The position numbers and the translations under genes were made by a program. The notes below the pieces were generated by a model that saw only the letters and a list, made by a program, of their open reading frames with translations, had not been told where the DNA came from and searched no databases. A DNA stretch of 64,000 nucleotides from Candidatus Binatia bacterium. Lineage in GTDB: Bacteria > Desulfobacterota > Binatia > UBA9968 > JAJDTQ01. Of the stretch, positions 48,175 to 59,438 are shown one piece after another. How positions within the stretch are numbered: the first letter of the stretch is position 1; every line of letters starts with the position of its first letter. The DNA lies in contig OY762897.2 in the NCBI GenBank assembly GCA_963666515.2, positions 2,464,001-2,528,000 on the forward strand, in the 5' to 3' direction.

Positions 48175-49843
48175 CGTTGCCGCCTTTCCCCTGCAACTGC
48201 TGCTCCGGGACCATCCGGACTGGAAGGACCATCCCGCCGCAGTGGTGGACCGGGACAAGGCCCAGGGGACCATTCTCTGGGTGAACTCCCGGGGGCGCGC
48301 CACGGGCATCCTTCCGGGCATGCGCTACGGCGCGGGACTCGCGCTTTCGCGCCATCTCCGGGCGGACATCATTTCCCGCTCGGCCATCGACAAGGCCGTG
48401 GCCGGATTGGTTCCGCGACTGCGTCGTTTTACCGCGGAGGTGGAGCCCTCCCGGGACGAGCCCGGTGTATTCTGGCTTGGGGCTTCGGGCCTTTCCCTGC
48501 TCCATCCCCGCCTGGAGGAATGGGCCGGACTCATCCACGACGCCCTCGCCAGCGCCGGCCTCCACAACACCGTGGCCGTAGGGTTCTCCCGTTTCGGCAG
48601 CTATGCCGCGGCCAAGGCCTGCGACCGGACCACGGTCTTCCGGACGCCCGATGAAGAGCACCACCATGTCCGCTGCGTCCGCCTGGACCGGCTCGATTTC
48701 GCTCCCAAGGTCCGCGACCTGCTGGCCCGGCTCGGCATCCACACCTTGGGCGGCTTCCTGGACCTGCCTGCGTCCCAGGTGCGCTCACGGCTGGGACGGG
48801 AAGCCCACCGGCTCCATCGGCTGGCCGCGGGCGATCTGTGGAGCCCGCTCCACCCGGAGACGCCGTCCGAGCCCACCGCCGCGGGGGTCTTCCTGGACTA
48901 CCCGGAGAGCGACCACCCGCGGCTGGCAGTGCTCATGGAGGAGTTGCTGGAACCATTGCTCGACTCGCTGGAACAGCGGCACGAGGTGATGACCGCGCTC
49001 ATCCTCCACCTCCGCCTGGACGACAGGTCGGAAAGGGTCGAGACCCTGCGGCCGGCCAGGCCCACCCTGGACCGGGGGCAGATACTGGACCTCTTGCGGC
49101 TCCGCCTGGAGGCCATGGCGCTGACGGCCGGGGTGGTGGAGGTCGTCATGGAACTCCAGAGAGCCTCGCCCGACGTGCGGCAGGGGGAGCTTTTCCACGG
49201 CGCCGCGCGCGACCACGACGCCGCCAACCGCGCCCTGGCGCGGCTGCGGGCGCGCTTCGGCGACGGCGCGCTGCTGCGGGCGCACCCGCGCGCCGGGCAC
49301 CTTCCCGAGGCGCGCTTCACCTGGGAACCCATGGAAGTCGTGCCGCCGCCGAGGCCGCGTCGGGTGCGGCTGCGCCCGCTGGTGCGGCGCTTCTTCCCGA
49401 AGCCCGTCCGGCTCCCGCACCAGACTGTGTCAAAACTCATGGGGGAACGATGCACCAAACACGTCATTCCGGCGAAGAGCCTGCCCCGTACTCGATACGG
49501 GGCCGGAATCCAGTGGGTGGGGAGGGGCAAACGGGCGTGTTTCCCTCCCCCACCCCGCCTGGATTCCGGCTTTCGCCGGAATGACGATACCAATGTCGGT
49601 GCCATGCCCGTAGCCGATACCGAGCCCGTGGTTGGCGACGCCTGCTCAGGCGACGCCCGAATGGACAACGGCTTTCTCACCCGAGAAAGCGCCGGCCCTT
49701 ACATCGTCTCAGGGGGATGGTGGGGCTCGGGCGCCGAGGTACACCGCGAGTACCATTTCGTCCGCGACGGCGAGGGTCCCTGGCTGTGGATCTACTACGA
49801 CCGGAAGCGGCAGGGCTGGTTTCTGCACGGGAAGGTAGAGTAG
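48152..49843 (+). CDS. imuB: ImuB (inactive Y-family polymerase) with an in-frame palindromic insertion
   Basis: G..PGM, LARLGI.TLG.F, clamp-binding-like QGELF, C-terminal GP...SGGWW...REY...W.WIY...WFLHG. Confidence 0.88.
   Translation: MERMACVDVAAFPLQLLLRDHPDWKDHPAAVVDRDKAQGTILWVNSRGRATGILPGMRYGAGLALSRHLRADIISRSAIDKAVAGLVPRLRRFTAEVEPSRDEPGVFWLGASGLSLLHPRLEEWAGLIHDALASAGLHNTVAVGFSRFGSYAAAKACDRTTVFRTPDEEHHHVRCVRLDRLDFAPKVRDLLARLGIHTLGGFLDLPASQVRSRLGREAHRLHRLAAGDLWSPLHPETPSEPTAAGVFLDYPESDHPRLAVLMEELLEPLLDSLEQRHEVMTALILHLRLDDRSERVETLRPARPTLDRGQILDLLRLRLEAMALTAGVVEVVMELQRASPDVRQGELFHGAARDHDAANRALARLRARFGDGALLRAHPRAGHLPEARFTWEPMEVVPPPRPRRVRLRPLVRRFFPKPVRLPHQTVSKLMGERCTKHVIPAKSLPRTRYGAGIQWVGRGKRACFPPPPRLDSGFRRNDDTNVGAMPVADTEPVVGDACSGDARMDNGFLTRESAGPYIVSGGWWGSGAEVHREYHFVRDGEGPWLWIYYDRKRQGWFLHGKVE
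49462..49586. repeat. Composite CGTC-type palindromic element inside imuB
   Basis: CGTCATTCCGGCGAA[GAGCCTGCCCCGTACTCGATACGGG]GCCGGAATCCAG ... CTGGATTCCGGCTTTCGCCGGAATGACG; same family as 6134-6246. Confidence 0.85.
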
Positions 49844-53071
<3,228 letters not shown>

Positions 53072-53098
53072 GATGGTTGCGGTGTAAGGCGGTGTGGA

Positions 53099-53590
53099 CT
53101 ATCCGCTCTTGGGGAAATCGAACAGCACCTCGTCGCCCCGGGCATAACCCACGACGGCCCAGACGGCCGCATCGAACCTGAGATGCAGCACGCCGCAGGT
53201 GGGCAGGTTGGGAATCTCCCGCGGCCCCAGGTGATTGGCGAGCTCGGTCAGCCCTGGGTTGTGGCCGAACAACATCAGGGTCGCCACAGACTCGTCCGCG
53301 TTGCGGATCACATCAAGCAGTTCGACGACGCCGGCACCGTAAAGCCGATCTTTCACCACGATTTCTTTCCGCGCGTAGCCGAGCTTCTTGGCGATGATCC
53401 GTGCCGTCGTCAGTGCCCGCGCTGCCGGGCTCGACACGATCAGTTCGGGTTTGACGTTGCGGTGTGCGAGCCGGAAACCTATCTCTGGCGCGTCCCGTTC
53501 GCCCCGCTTGTTGAGAGGTCTTTCACGGTCGTCGAGACCGGAATCCTTCCAGCTCGACTTGGCGTGCCGTATGAGGATCAAGTCCTTCAC
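53099..53590 (-). CDS. SixA-like histidine phosphatase
   Basis: LIRHAKS, D.ERPL..RG, SSPA.RA..TA, GHNP. Confidence 0.9.
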   Translation of the reverse strand: MKDLILIRHAKSSWKDSGLDDRERPLNKRGERDAPEIGFRLAHRNVKPELIVSSPAARALTTARIIAKKLGYARKEIVVKDRLYGAGVVELLDVIRNADESVATLMLFGHNPGLTELANHLGPREIPNLPTCGVLHLRFDAAVWAVVGYARGDEVLFDFPKSG

Positions 53591-53650
53591 GAGAATCCGG
53601 ATTCTGTTTCCCGTCTCGCTTGAGTGGGCTTCGGGTAATCGTGGTATGAC

Positions 53651-54079
53651 TCAACCACGATTCGACTCCACTTCGAATTCCTCCTCACTTATTCCATTCT
53701 CGATCAAGTAACGTCTCATACGGTTGAGGAACGCTTCTGCCCGTTGGTACTCCTGCATTGTTTCTTCGCGGGAGAATCGAACATGCACGCTGTAGTCTAC
53801 CATCAGTCTATCGTCCAGGCTCCATCCGAGTTCCCTGGCCCACTCCGGTTCGATCTGACCTGTTCGCACGAGATGCAATCCAAACATCCTCCTCACAGCG
53901 GCATGACTCGACGGTCCCATGTCGTGAACAAACAAAGCGGCTTTGGCTGCATGGAAAATCGCATAGTAGGACCGTGATACCGAGTCTTCTTCCCTATAAT
54001 CGGATCGCATTAGAGTCTCCGCCGCACCCAGAGACCGTACGGCTAGCCGCCACTCTCCGAACAGCATCGGCCTGTTCAC
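53651..54079 (-). CDS. HEPN-domain protein
   Basis: SRSYYAIFHAAKAAL, SH..V...F, R..VDY; GTGA overlap with the MNT gene. Confidence 0.85.
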   Translation of the reverse strand: MNRPMLFGEWRLAVRSLGAAETLMRSDYREEDSVSRSYYAIFHAAKAALFVHDMGPSSHAAVRRMFGLHLVRTGQIEPEWARELGWSLDDRLMVDYSVHVRFSREETMQEYQRAEAFLNRMRRYLIENGISEEEFEVESNRG

Positions 54080-54411
54080 AGCACCGATACCCCATGGCGC
54101 TCTACTGCATCTCTATAAGGAGACTGCAAGGCTTTCAGTCGATCCCACTCTTGTTCGGTGTACGCCATGATCGAAGGGACCGCCCACGAAGTCACGGCCA
54201 GGTCGTAACCAATGTCCCGCAGTAGCCGTTTAAGGTCGATGGCCTCGTCCCGGACGACGACGAGTATGTCGAGATCACTGTCTTCTCGGGCTTCGCCCCG
54301 TGCTTTGGAACCATAGACAAGCATCCGTAACACCATTCCTGGGTGTTTTTGGGCGAGCGCCTCACGGTACTGGTCCAGCCACTTCTGTTCGTCTGGGTGG
54401 AGTTTCAACAC
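54076..54411 (-). CDS. Minimal nucleotidyltransferase (MNT)
   Basis: YGSKARGEAREDSDLDILVV. Confidence 0.88.
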   Translation of the reverse strand: MLKLHPDEQKWLDQYREALAQKHPGMVLRMLVYGSKARGEAREDSDLDILVVVRDEAIDLKRLLRDIGYDLAVTSWAVPSIMAYTEQEWDRLKALQSPYRDAVERHGVSVL

Positions 54412-54477
54412 GGAATCAGACCCTTAATGTCGGAGGTAGCAGCTTCGGATAAAGCCGGTCTCCGGTCAAGTCCGTGG

Positions 54478-55341
54478 TCAGGCCACCGAACGGCGGCCCG
54501 GCTCGGGCTGGGCCGGCTGACTGAATGGGCGGTCGTGGCGCAGGCTCGGGACGCGCTTGCGGACGCTGGCGACGCTCTCCATGTCCACGGTGGCGACGAT
54601 GGTGCCAACGTCGGCGCCGCCCTCGGCGAGGGTCTCGCCCCAAGGGGAAACGATGAGGGAGTGGCCGTAGACGGCGCCGCCGCCGGGGACGGGGCCGACG
54701 GAGCAGGGGGCCACCACCACGGCGCCGTTCTCGATGGCGCGGGCGCGGTTGAGGACGTGCCAGTGGGCTTGTCCCGTGACCTTGGTGAACGCCGCGGGCA
54801 CCGCCAGGATCTCGGCGCCCGCCTGGGCGAGTGAGCGGTAGAGGTGGGGGAAGCGCAGGTCGTAGCAGGTGGTCATGCCCAGGCGGCCCCAGGGGGTGTC
54901 CGCCACCACGGCCTGCTTGCCGGGACTGACCACGGCGGACTCGCGGTAGCGCTCGGTCTCGGAGAGGTCCACGTCGAACAGGTGGATCTTGTCGTAGCGG
55001 GCGCGGATATCGCCTTGATCGTCCACCAGGAAGCCGCGGTTGATGAGCCGGCCCTCGGGTCCGTCCACGGCTACGGAACCGATGAGCATCCACACGCCGG
55101 CATCGCGGGCGAAGGCGCACAACGCCTCCAGCACGGGGTGGCTCGCCTCGGGCGCGGCCGGGGGCTTGAGCACGCCGTTCTCGGTGGCGAGGCCGCCGCA
55201 GAACTCGGGCAGGCACACCAGCTCGGCGCCCGCGGCCACCGCGTCGCGGGACAGGCGGCAGGCGGCCTCGATGGCCTCGTCGAAGGTCGGCAGAGCCGGC
55301 GTCTGGACACAGCCGATGCGCACTTCGCGCGTGGTGGTCAT
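54478..55341 (-). CDS. Carbon-nitrogen hydrolase (Nit1/deaminated glutathione amidase-like)
   Basis: LPE, YDKIHLFDV, CYDLRFP, PAAFT..TG.AHW..L.RARAIEN. Confidence 0.9.
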   Translation of the reverse strand: MTTTREVRIGCVQTPALPTFDEAIEAACRLSRDAVAAGAELVCLPEFCGGLATENGVLKPPAAPEASHPVLEALCAFARDAGVWMLIGSVAVDGPEGRLINRGFLVDDQGDIRARYDKIHLFDVDLSETERYRESAVVSPGKQAVVADTPWGRLGMTTCYDLRFPHLYRSLAQAGAEILAVPAAFTKVTGQAHWHVLNRARAIENGAVVVAPCSVGPVPGGGAVYGHSLIVSPWGETLAEGGADVGTIVATVDMESVASVRKRVPSLRHDRPFSQPAQPEPGRRSVA

Positions 55342-55450
55342 GGTCTTCTCTCCCGTGGTCGCCCGGATTCTCTCTGATCGAGTTTAACGCCTTGTACGGA
55401 AATTACGAACTACATTCACATACCGCAGAACGCGCCGACCGATCTCCCGC

Positions 55451-55951
55451 CTATGCGCGCGTCAGCCGCTCGATGAGCGCTCCGTGCTGCGGGTAGCGCC
55501 CGAGCAGCTCTTCCTTCGTCGGCAGTTCGAAATCGGCGAAGTCGAAGCCCGGGACGCAGGTGCAGCCCACCAGGGCGTAGCCATGAGCGCCGTCCACGGA
55601 GGCGCCGAACAGGGAGCCGCCGGGCACCAGCGCCTGAAGGCGCTCGCCCGCCTGCAGGTCGGGGCCCATGCGGATGGGCGTGTAGCGGCCGGCGGCGTCA
55701 ATGACGTGCACGGTGAGAGTCGAGCCCGCGTAGAAGTGCCACAGCTCGTCCTGCTTGATGCGGTGGAGGGCGGAGAACTCTTGGTCCCGCAGCAGGAAGT
55801 AGATGGAAGTGCCGAGGTTGCGGGGACCGTCGTATCCTTCCAGCGCCTCACCCGATACTGCGGCGGCGGATCGATAGACCTCCTTGAAGTGCCCGCCTTC
55901 GGGGTGGGGTTTCAGATCGAGGTGGTCTATCCAGTAGGCGGCGTCGCGCAC
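55451..55951 (-). CDS. Cupin_5 (DUF985) protein
   Basis: L.PHPEGG.F.E, TSIYFLL, HR..QDE.WHFY.G, PGFDF.DFEL. Confidence 0.88.
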   Translation of the reverse strand: MRDAAYWIDHLDLKPHPEGGHFKEVYRSAAAVSGEALEGYDGPRNLGTSIYFLLRDQEFSALHRIKQDELWHFYAGSTLTVHVIDAAGRYTPIRMGPDLQAGERLQALVPGGSLFGASVDGAHGYALVGCTCVPGFDFADFELPTKEELLGRYPQHGALIERLTRA

Positions 55952-55990
55952 GGAGTACCTCTCGGGGAAGTTTCCCTACCCTGCTCCGGT

Positions 55991-56018
55991 CTGGATTCCG
56001 GCTTTCGCCGGAATGACG
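55991..56018. repeat. CGTC-type REP (single arm)
   Basis: CTGGATTCCGGCTTTCGCCGGAATGACG, identical to the right arms at 6214 and 49559. Confidence 0.85.
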
Positions 56019-56033
56019 TTTTCGTGCAGGTCA

Positions 56034-57203
56034 CTACGATGGTGCAGCTCCCGCATCGCGCAACGTCCGCCGCCACAGCGCCAAGTCTCCGCCGCCGTCG
56101 AAGTGATAGCGCTGCAGCGCATCCGGGTCGAGGGTGACGCCGAGGCCGGGGCCGTCGGGCGGGCGCATGAAGCCGTTCTTCGGTTCCAGGGGCTCCTGGA
56201 GGAGGTGGCTGCGGAGCGGGTTCTCGTTGTAGTCGAACTCCATCACCGCGCTGTTTTCGAGTGCGGCGGCCAGATGAAGGCTCGCGGCCAAGGCGATACC
56301 GTCGCCGTAGGTGTGGAGCGAGACAGGGAGGCCCTGTTCGGCCGCCAGTGCGGCGATGGTGCGCACCTCGCTGATGCCGCCGGCCCGGGCGACGTCGGGC
56401 TGCAAGACGTCGACGGCGTCCCGCGCCATGAACGATTCGAAGGCGAAGCGGGTGTGGAGGTTCTCGCCCAGGGCCACGGGGACACCGCTACCGGCCTTCA
56501 GCTCGGCATGGCCGGCCACGTCCTCCATGAAAAGCGGCTCCTCCAGCCAGCCGACGCCGAGCTTCTCGAAAGCCGCGGCGGCGGCCAGCGCCACGTCCAG
56601 CCCGTAGCCCATGTTGGCGTCGGTCATGAGCGGGAAATCGGCTCCGAGCGCCGACCGCACGGCGCTTACGATTTCGATATCCTGGGCGAGGTCGAAGCCC
56701 ACCTTGATCTTGATGCCGTGGAAGCCCCGTTCCGCCAGCTTCTCGGCCTTCTCCACCGCAGCCTCGGTTGCCTCGGGATAGAGCGCGGTGGCGTAGACCT
56801 CCACCGGGTCCCGGCGCTTGCCGCCCAGCAGCTCGTACACCGGCACGCCCTTCACCTTGCCGGCGATGTCCCACAGGGCGATGTCCACGCCGCTGAGGGC
56901 CACCACGCCGACGCCCCTGGAGCCGAAAGCGCGGACGCCGGCCCGGAAATAGGCCGTGTCCCAGATCTCCTCGATGGCGAGGGGATCCATGCCGATGAGG
57001 AGGGGCTTGAGCACATGGGTGACGATGGTCTCCAGCACCACTCCATTGCCGGAACAGGAACCCACGCCGGTGACTCCCTCATCGGTGTGGACCTCCACCA
57101 GAAACCCGTAGCGATGGGTCCGCAAGCCCGTGCGGCTCTCCACCCGCCCCTGAACGCCCATCGGCGCGCGCAGCCGCAGGGTCGTGATGTCCGTGATCTT
57201 CAT
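56034..57203 (-). CDS. Mandelate racemase/enolase-superfamily protein
   Basis: SGVDIALWD..GK, KIKVG, DAN, EEP, GEN, QPD..RAGG, H. Confidence 0.9.
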   Translation of the reverse strand: MKITDITTLRLRAPMGVQGRVESRTGLRTHRYGFLVEVHTDEGVTGVGSCSGNGVVLETIVTHVLKPLLIGMDPLAIEEIWDTAYFRAGVRAFGSRGVGVVALSGVDIALWDIAGKVKGVPVYELLGGKRRDPVEVYATALYPEATEAAVEKAEKLAERGFHGIKIKVGFDLAQDIEIVSAVRSALGADFPLMTDANMGYGLDVALAAAAAFEKLGVGWLEEPLFMEDVAGHAELKAGSGVPVALGENLHTRFAFESFMARDAVDVLQPDVARAGGISEVRTIAALAAEQGLPVSLHTYGDGIALAASLHLAAALENSAVMEFDYNENPLRSHLLQEPLEPKNGFMRPPDGPGLGVTLDPDALQRYHFDGGGDLALWRRTLRDAGAAPS

Positions 57204-57429
57204 CGGAAACTCCCGGCCTCCCATCGAGCCGACATGGCGGCTGCCATCCCACAACGTCCCTTTGTCCGGACCAGCCTTGACACCTTCCGTCCGGCGGAAG
57301 TAGATAAAGTCTCGATCCGGACACCGCCTCGAAGAAGCCCTGGTCCGGCAGGCCGACCGTAGTCGATGCCGGCGTACACGTACAAGAGAAGTACAATTCG
57401 GCGCCGGCCGTCAACCCTTTGGAGCAACC

Positions 57430-58455
57430 ATGCAAGGCAACAAGGTCTGTATTCCGGCGCCGCACAAGCTGTCGGTGGGGCGGGACGTGCTGGAGGAGGC
57501 AGGCTGCGAGCTGGTGCTGGGAAAGGACCAGGACGAGCATCCCAAGCACCGCTACACGGAAGACGAGCTGGTGGAGCTGATCGGCGACAGCGACGCCGTC
57601 TGGGCGGCCCAGCGGGACTTCATCAGCGGGGCGGTGATGCGCCGGTGCCCGAAGCTGCGGGGGGTGATCAAGGCCGCCATCGGCTACGAGACCATCGACG
57701 TGGAAGCCGCCACCGAACTGGGCGTCCTGGTGTGCAACAGCCCGGCGCGGGAGAACTTCACCGGCGTGGCCGAGGCCACCGTCGGGCTCATGTCCATGCT
57801 GTTCAAGCGGCTGGTGCACAACCAGCAACTCCTGCGCGAGGGCGGCTGGAAGCGCAACGAGCACCGGGGCAACCTGATGGTGGGCCGCACCGTCGGCATC
57901 GTGGGCGTGGGACGGGTGGGCAAGGAGGTGGCCAAGCGCCTCGGCCCCTGGGAGATGCGGCTCATCGGCTGCGACCCCTACATCACCCAGGAGTCGGTGC
58001 AGCACCTGGGGGTGGAGCTGGTGTCGCTGGACGCGGTGCTGCGGGAATCCGACCTCGTGACCCTGCACACGCCCCTCACCGAGGAGACCCGCCAGCTCAT
58101 CACCCTGGCCGAGCTGAAGAAGATGAAGCCCACCGCCTACCTGGTGAACACGTGCCGCGGCGGCGTGGTCAAGCAGGACGACTTGGTGCAGGCGCTCAAC
58201 GAGGGCGTCATCGCCGGCGCGGCCGTGGACGTGTTCGAGGAGGAGCCGCTGCCCATGTCCGACCCCATCCGGCAGGTGGACCCGGAGCGGCTGATCATGA
58301 CCCCGCACATCATCGGCACCAACCCGCAGTCCCAAGTGTCCGGCGAGCGCATGGCGGCTCAGAGCATCCTCACGGTGCTGGCGGGACAGGCGCCCGAGAC
58401 GGTGGTGAACCCGGCGTGCGTGGACGCTTGGCGGGAACGGTTCGGCGCCCGTTGA
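57430..58455 (+). CDS. D-2-hydroxyacid dehydrogenase (SerA-like)
   Basis: GVGRVG, DP, H.PLT.ET, NTCRG, DVFEEEP, TPH. Confidence 0.88.
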   Translation: MQGNKVCIPAPHKLSVGRDVLEEAGCELVLGKDQDEHPKHRYTEDELVELIGDSDAVWAAQRDFISGAVMRRCPKLRGVIKAAIGYETIDVEAATELGVLVCNSPARENFTGVAEATVGLMSMLFKRLVHNQQLLREGGWKRNEHRGNLMVGRTVGIVGVGRVGKEVAKRLGPWEMRLIGCDPYITQESVQHLGVELVSLDAVLRESDLVTLHTPLTEETRQLITLAELKKMKPTAYLVNTCRGGVVKQDDLVQALNEGVIAGAAVDVFEEEPLPMSDPIRQVDPERLIMTPHIIGTNPQSQVSGERMAAQSILTVLAGQAPETVVNPACVDAWRERFGAR

Positions 58456-58493
58456 CGGAGGACCGGCACACCCCGTTCCCGGAAAAACCAGTG

Positions 58494-58516
58494 GTAGGGG
58501 CGACCGGCGGTCGTCC
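58494..58516 (+). repeat. GTAG-type REP
   Basis: GTAGGGGCGACCGGCGGTCGTCC, nearly identical to 38799-38821. Confidence 0.7.
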
Positions 58517-58548
58517 TGACCGGCCGTCGAACAGAATGGAGGAGACCC

Positions 58549-59367
58549 GTGGCTGAAAGGGAAACCATCATCGAGGACATCAACGAGGAAACAGGCGTCG
58601 CCTGGATCACCCTCAACCGGCCCGAGCGGAAGAACGCTCTCAGCCGCAAGCTCCTGGCGGAGCTGGTGGACAGCCTCAAGACCCTGTCGGTGAACGACAA
58701 CATCCGCTGCATCGTCACCACCGGGGCGGGCAACGCCTACAGTTCGGGGCTGGACCTGTACGACCTGCGAGCGTCGTGGCAGGGCAAGCGCCGGCTCTAC
58801 GAAGGCGGCTCGGCCCGCGAGATCGTCACGCTGCTGCGCCAAGCCCCCCAGGTCACCGTGGCCGCGGTCAACGGCTGGGCCCTGGGCGGCGGCCTGGTGC
58901 TGGTGAACGGCCATGACCTGGCCATCGCCGCGGACACGGCTCAGTTCGGCATGCCGGAGATCATCCGCGGCAGCTACGGCGCCACCGCCACGCCTACGCT
59001 CTTCCGCAGCGGCATCCCCTTCAAGAAGGCCTTCTACATCCAGCTCACCGGCGAGAACATCGCCGGCGCCGAGGCCGAGCGCCTGGGGCTGGTGTCCAAG
59101 ACCGTGCCCGAGCAGGAGCTGATCCCGTTCGTGCGGGAGTTCGCCGCCACCATCGCCACGCGCCACCCGGCGACCCTGGAGCACGCCAAGATCGCCGCCT
59201 ACACGGCCATGGACCTGGACAACAGCCGCGGGCTCCTGGTGGACGAGATCATCTCCCACCGCATGCGCGTGTACACCAACCCGCTGAACGACGTGGAAGG
59301 CTACCTGCAGTCGCAGAAGGGCGGCGGCAACGTGGGCTACGAGAAGCCCGACGCGAAGAAGTCGTAG
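58549..59367 (+). CDS. Crotonase-family enoyl-CoA hydratase/lyase
   Basis: LNRPE.KNALS, SGLDL, NGWALGGG, FGMPE, A.EAERLGLV. Confidence 0.88.
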   Translation: MAERETIIEDINEETGVAWITLNRPERKNALSRKLLAELVDSLKTLSVNDNIRCIVTTGAGNAYSSGLDLYDLRASWQGKRRLYEGGSAREIVTLLRQAPQVTVAAVNGWALGGGLVLVNGHDLAIAADTAQFGMPEIIRGSYGATATPTLFRSGIPFKKAFYIQLTGENIAGAEAERLGLVSKTVPEQELIPFVREFAATIATRHPATLEHAKIAAYTAMDLDNSRGLLVDEIISHRMRVYTNPLNDVEGYLQSQKGGGNVGYEKPDAKKS

Positions 59368-59388
59368 GAGCGGGTTTCAAACCCGCCC
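59364..59388 (+). repeat. GTAG-type REP overlapping the crotonase stop codon
   Basis: GTAGGAGCGGGTTTCAAACCCGCCC. Confidence 0.65.
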
Positions 59389-59438
59389 GCGTTCGCGTCG
59401 CGCTGCGGCCGATACAGCCTGTGAGCGGCGGAACCCTT

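Noticed and set aside
48152-49843. ImuB lacking Y-family catalytic function as a novelty
   Set aside because: Catalytic inactivity is the established normal state of ImuB.
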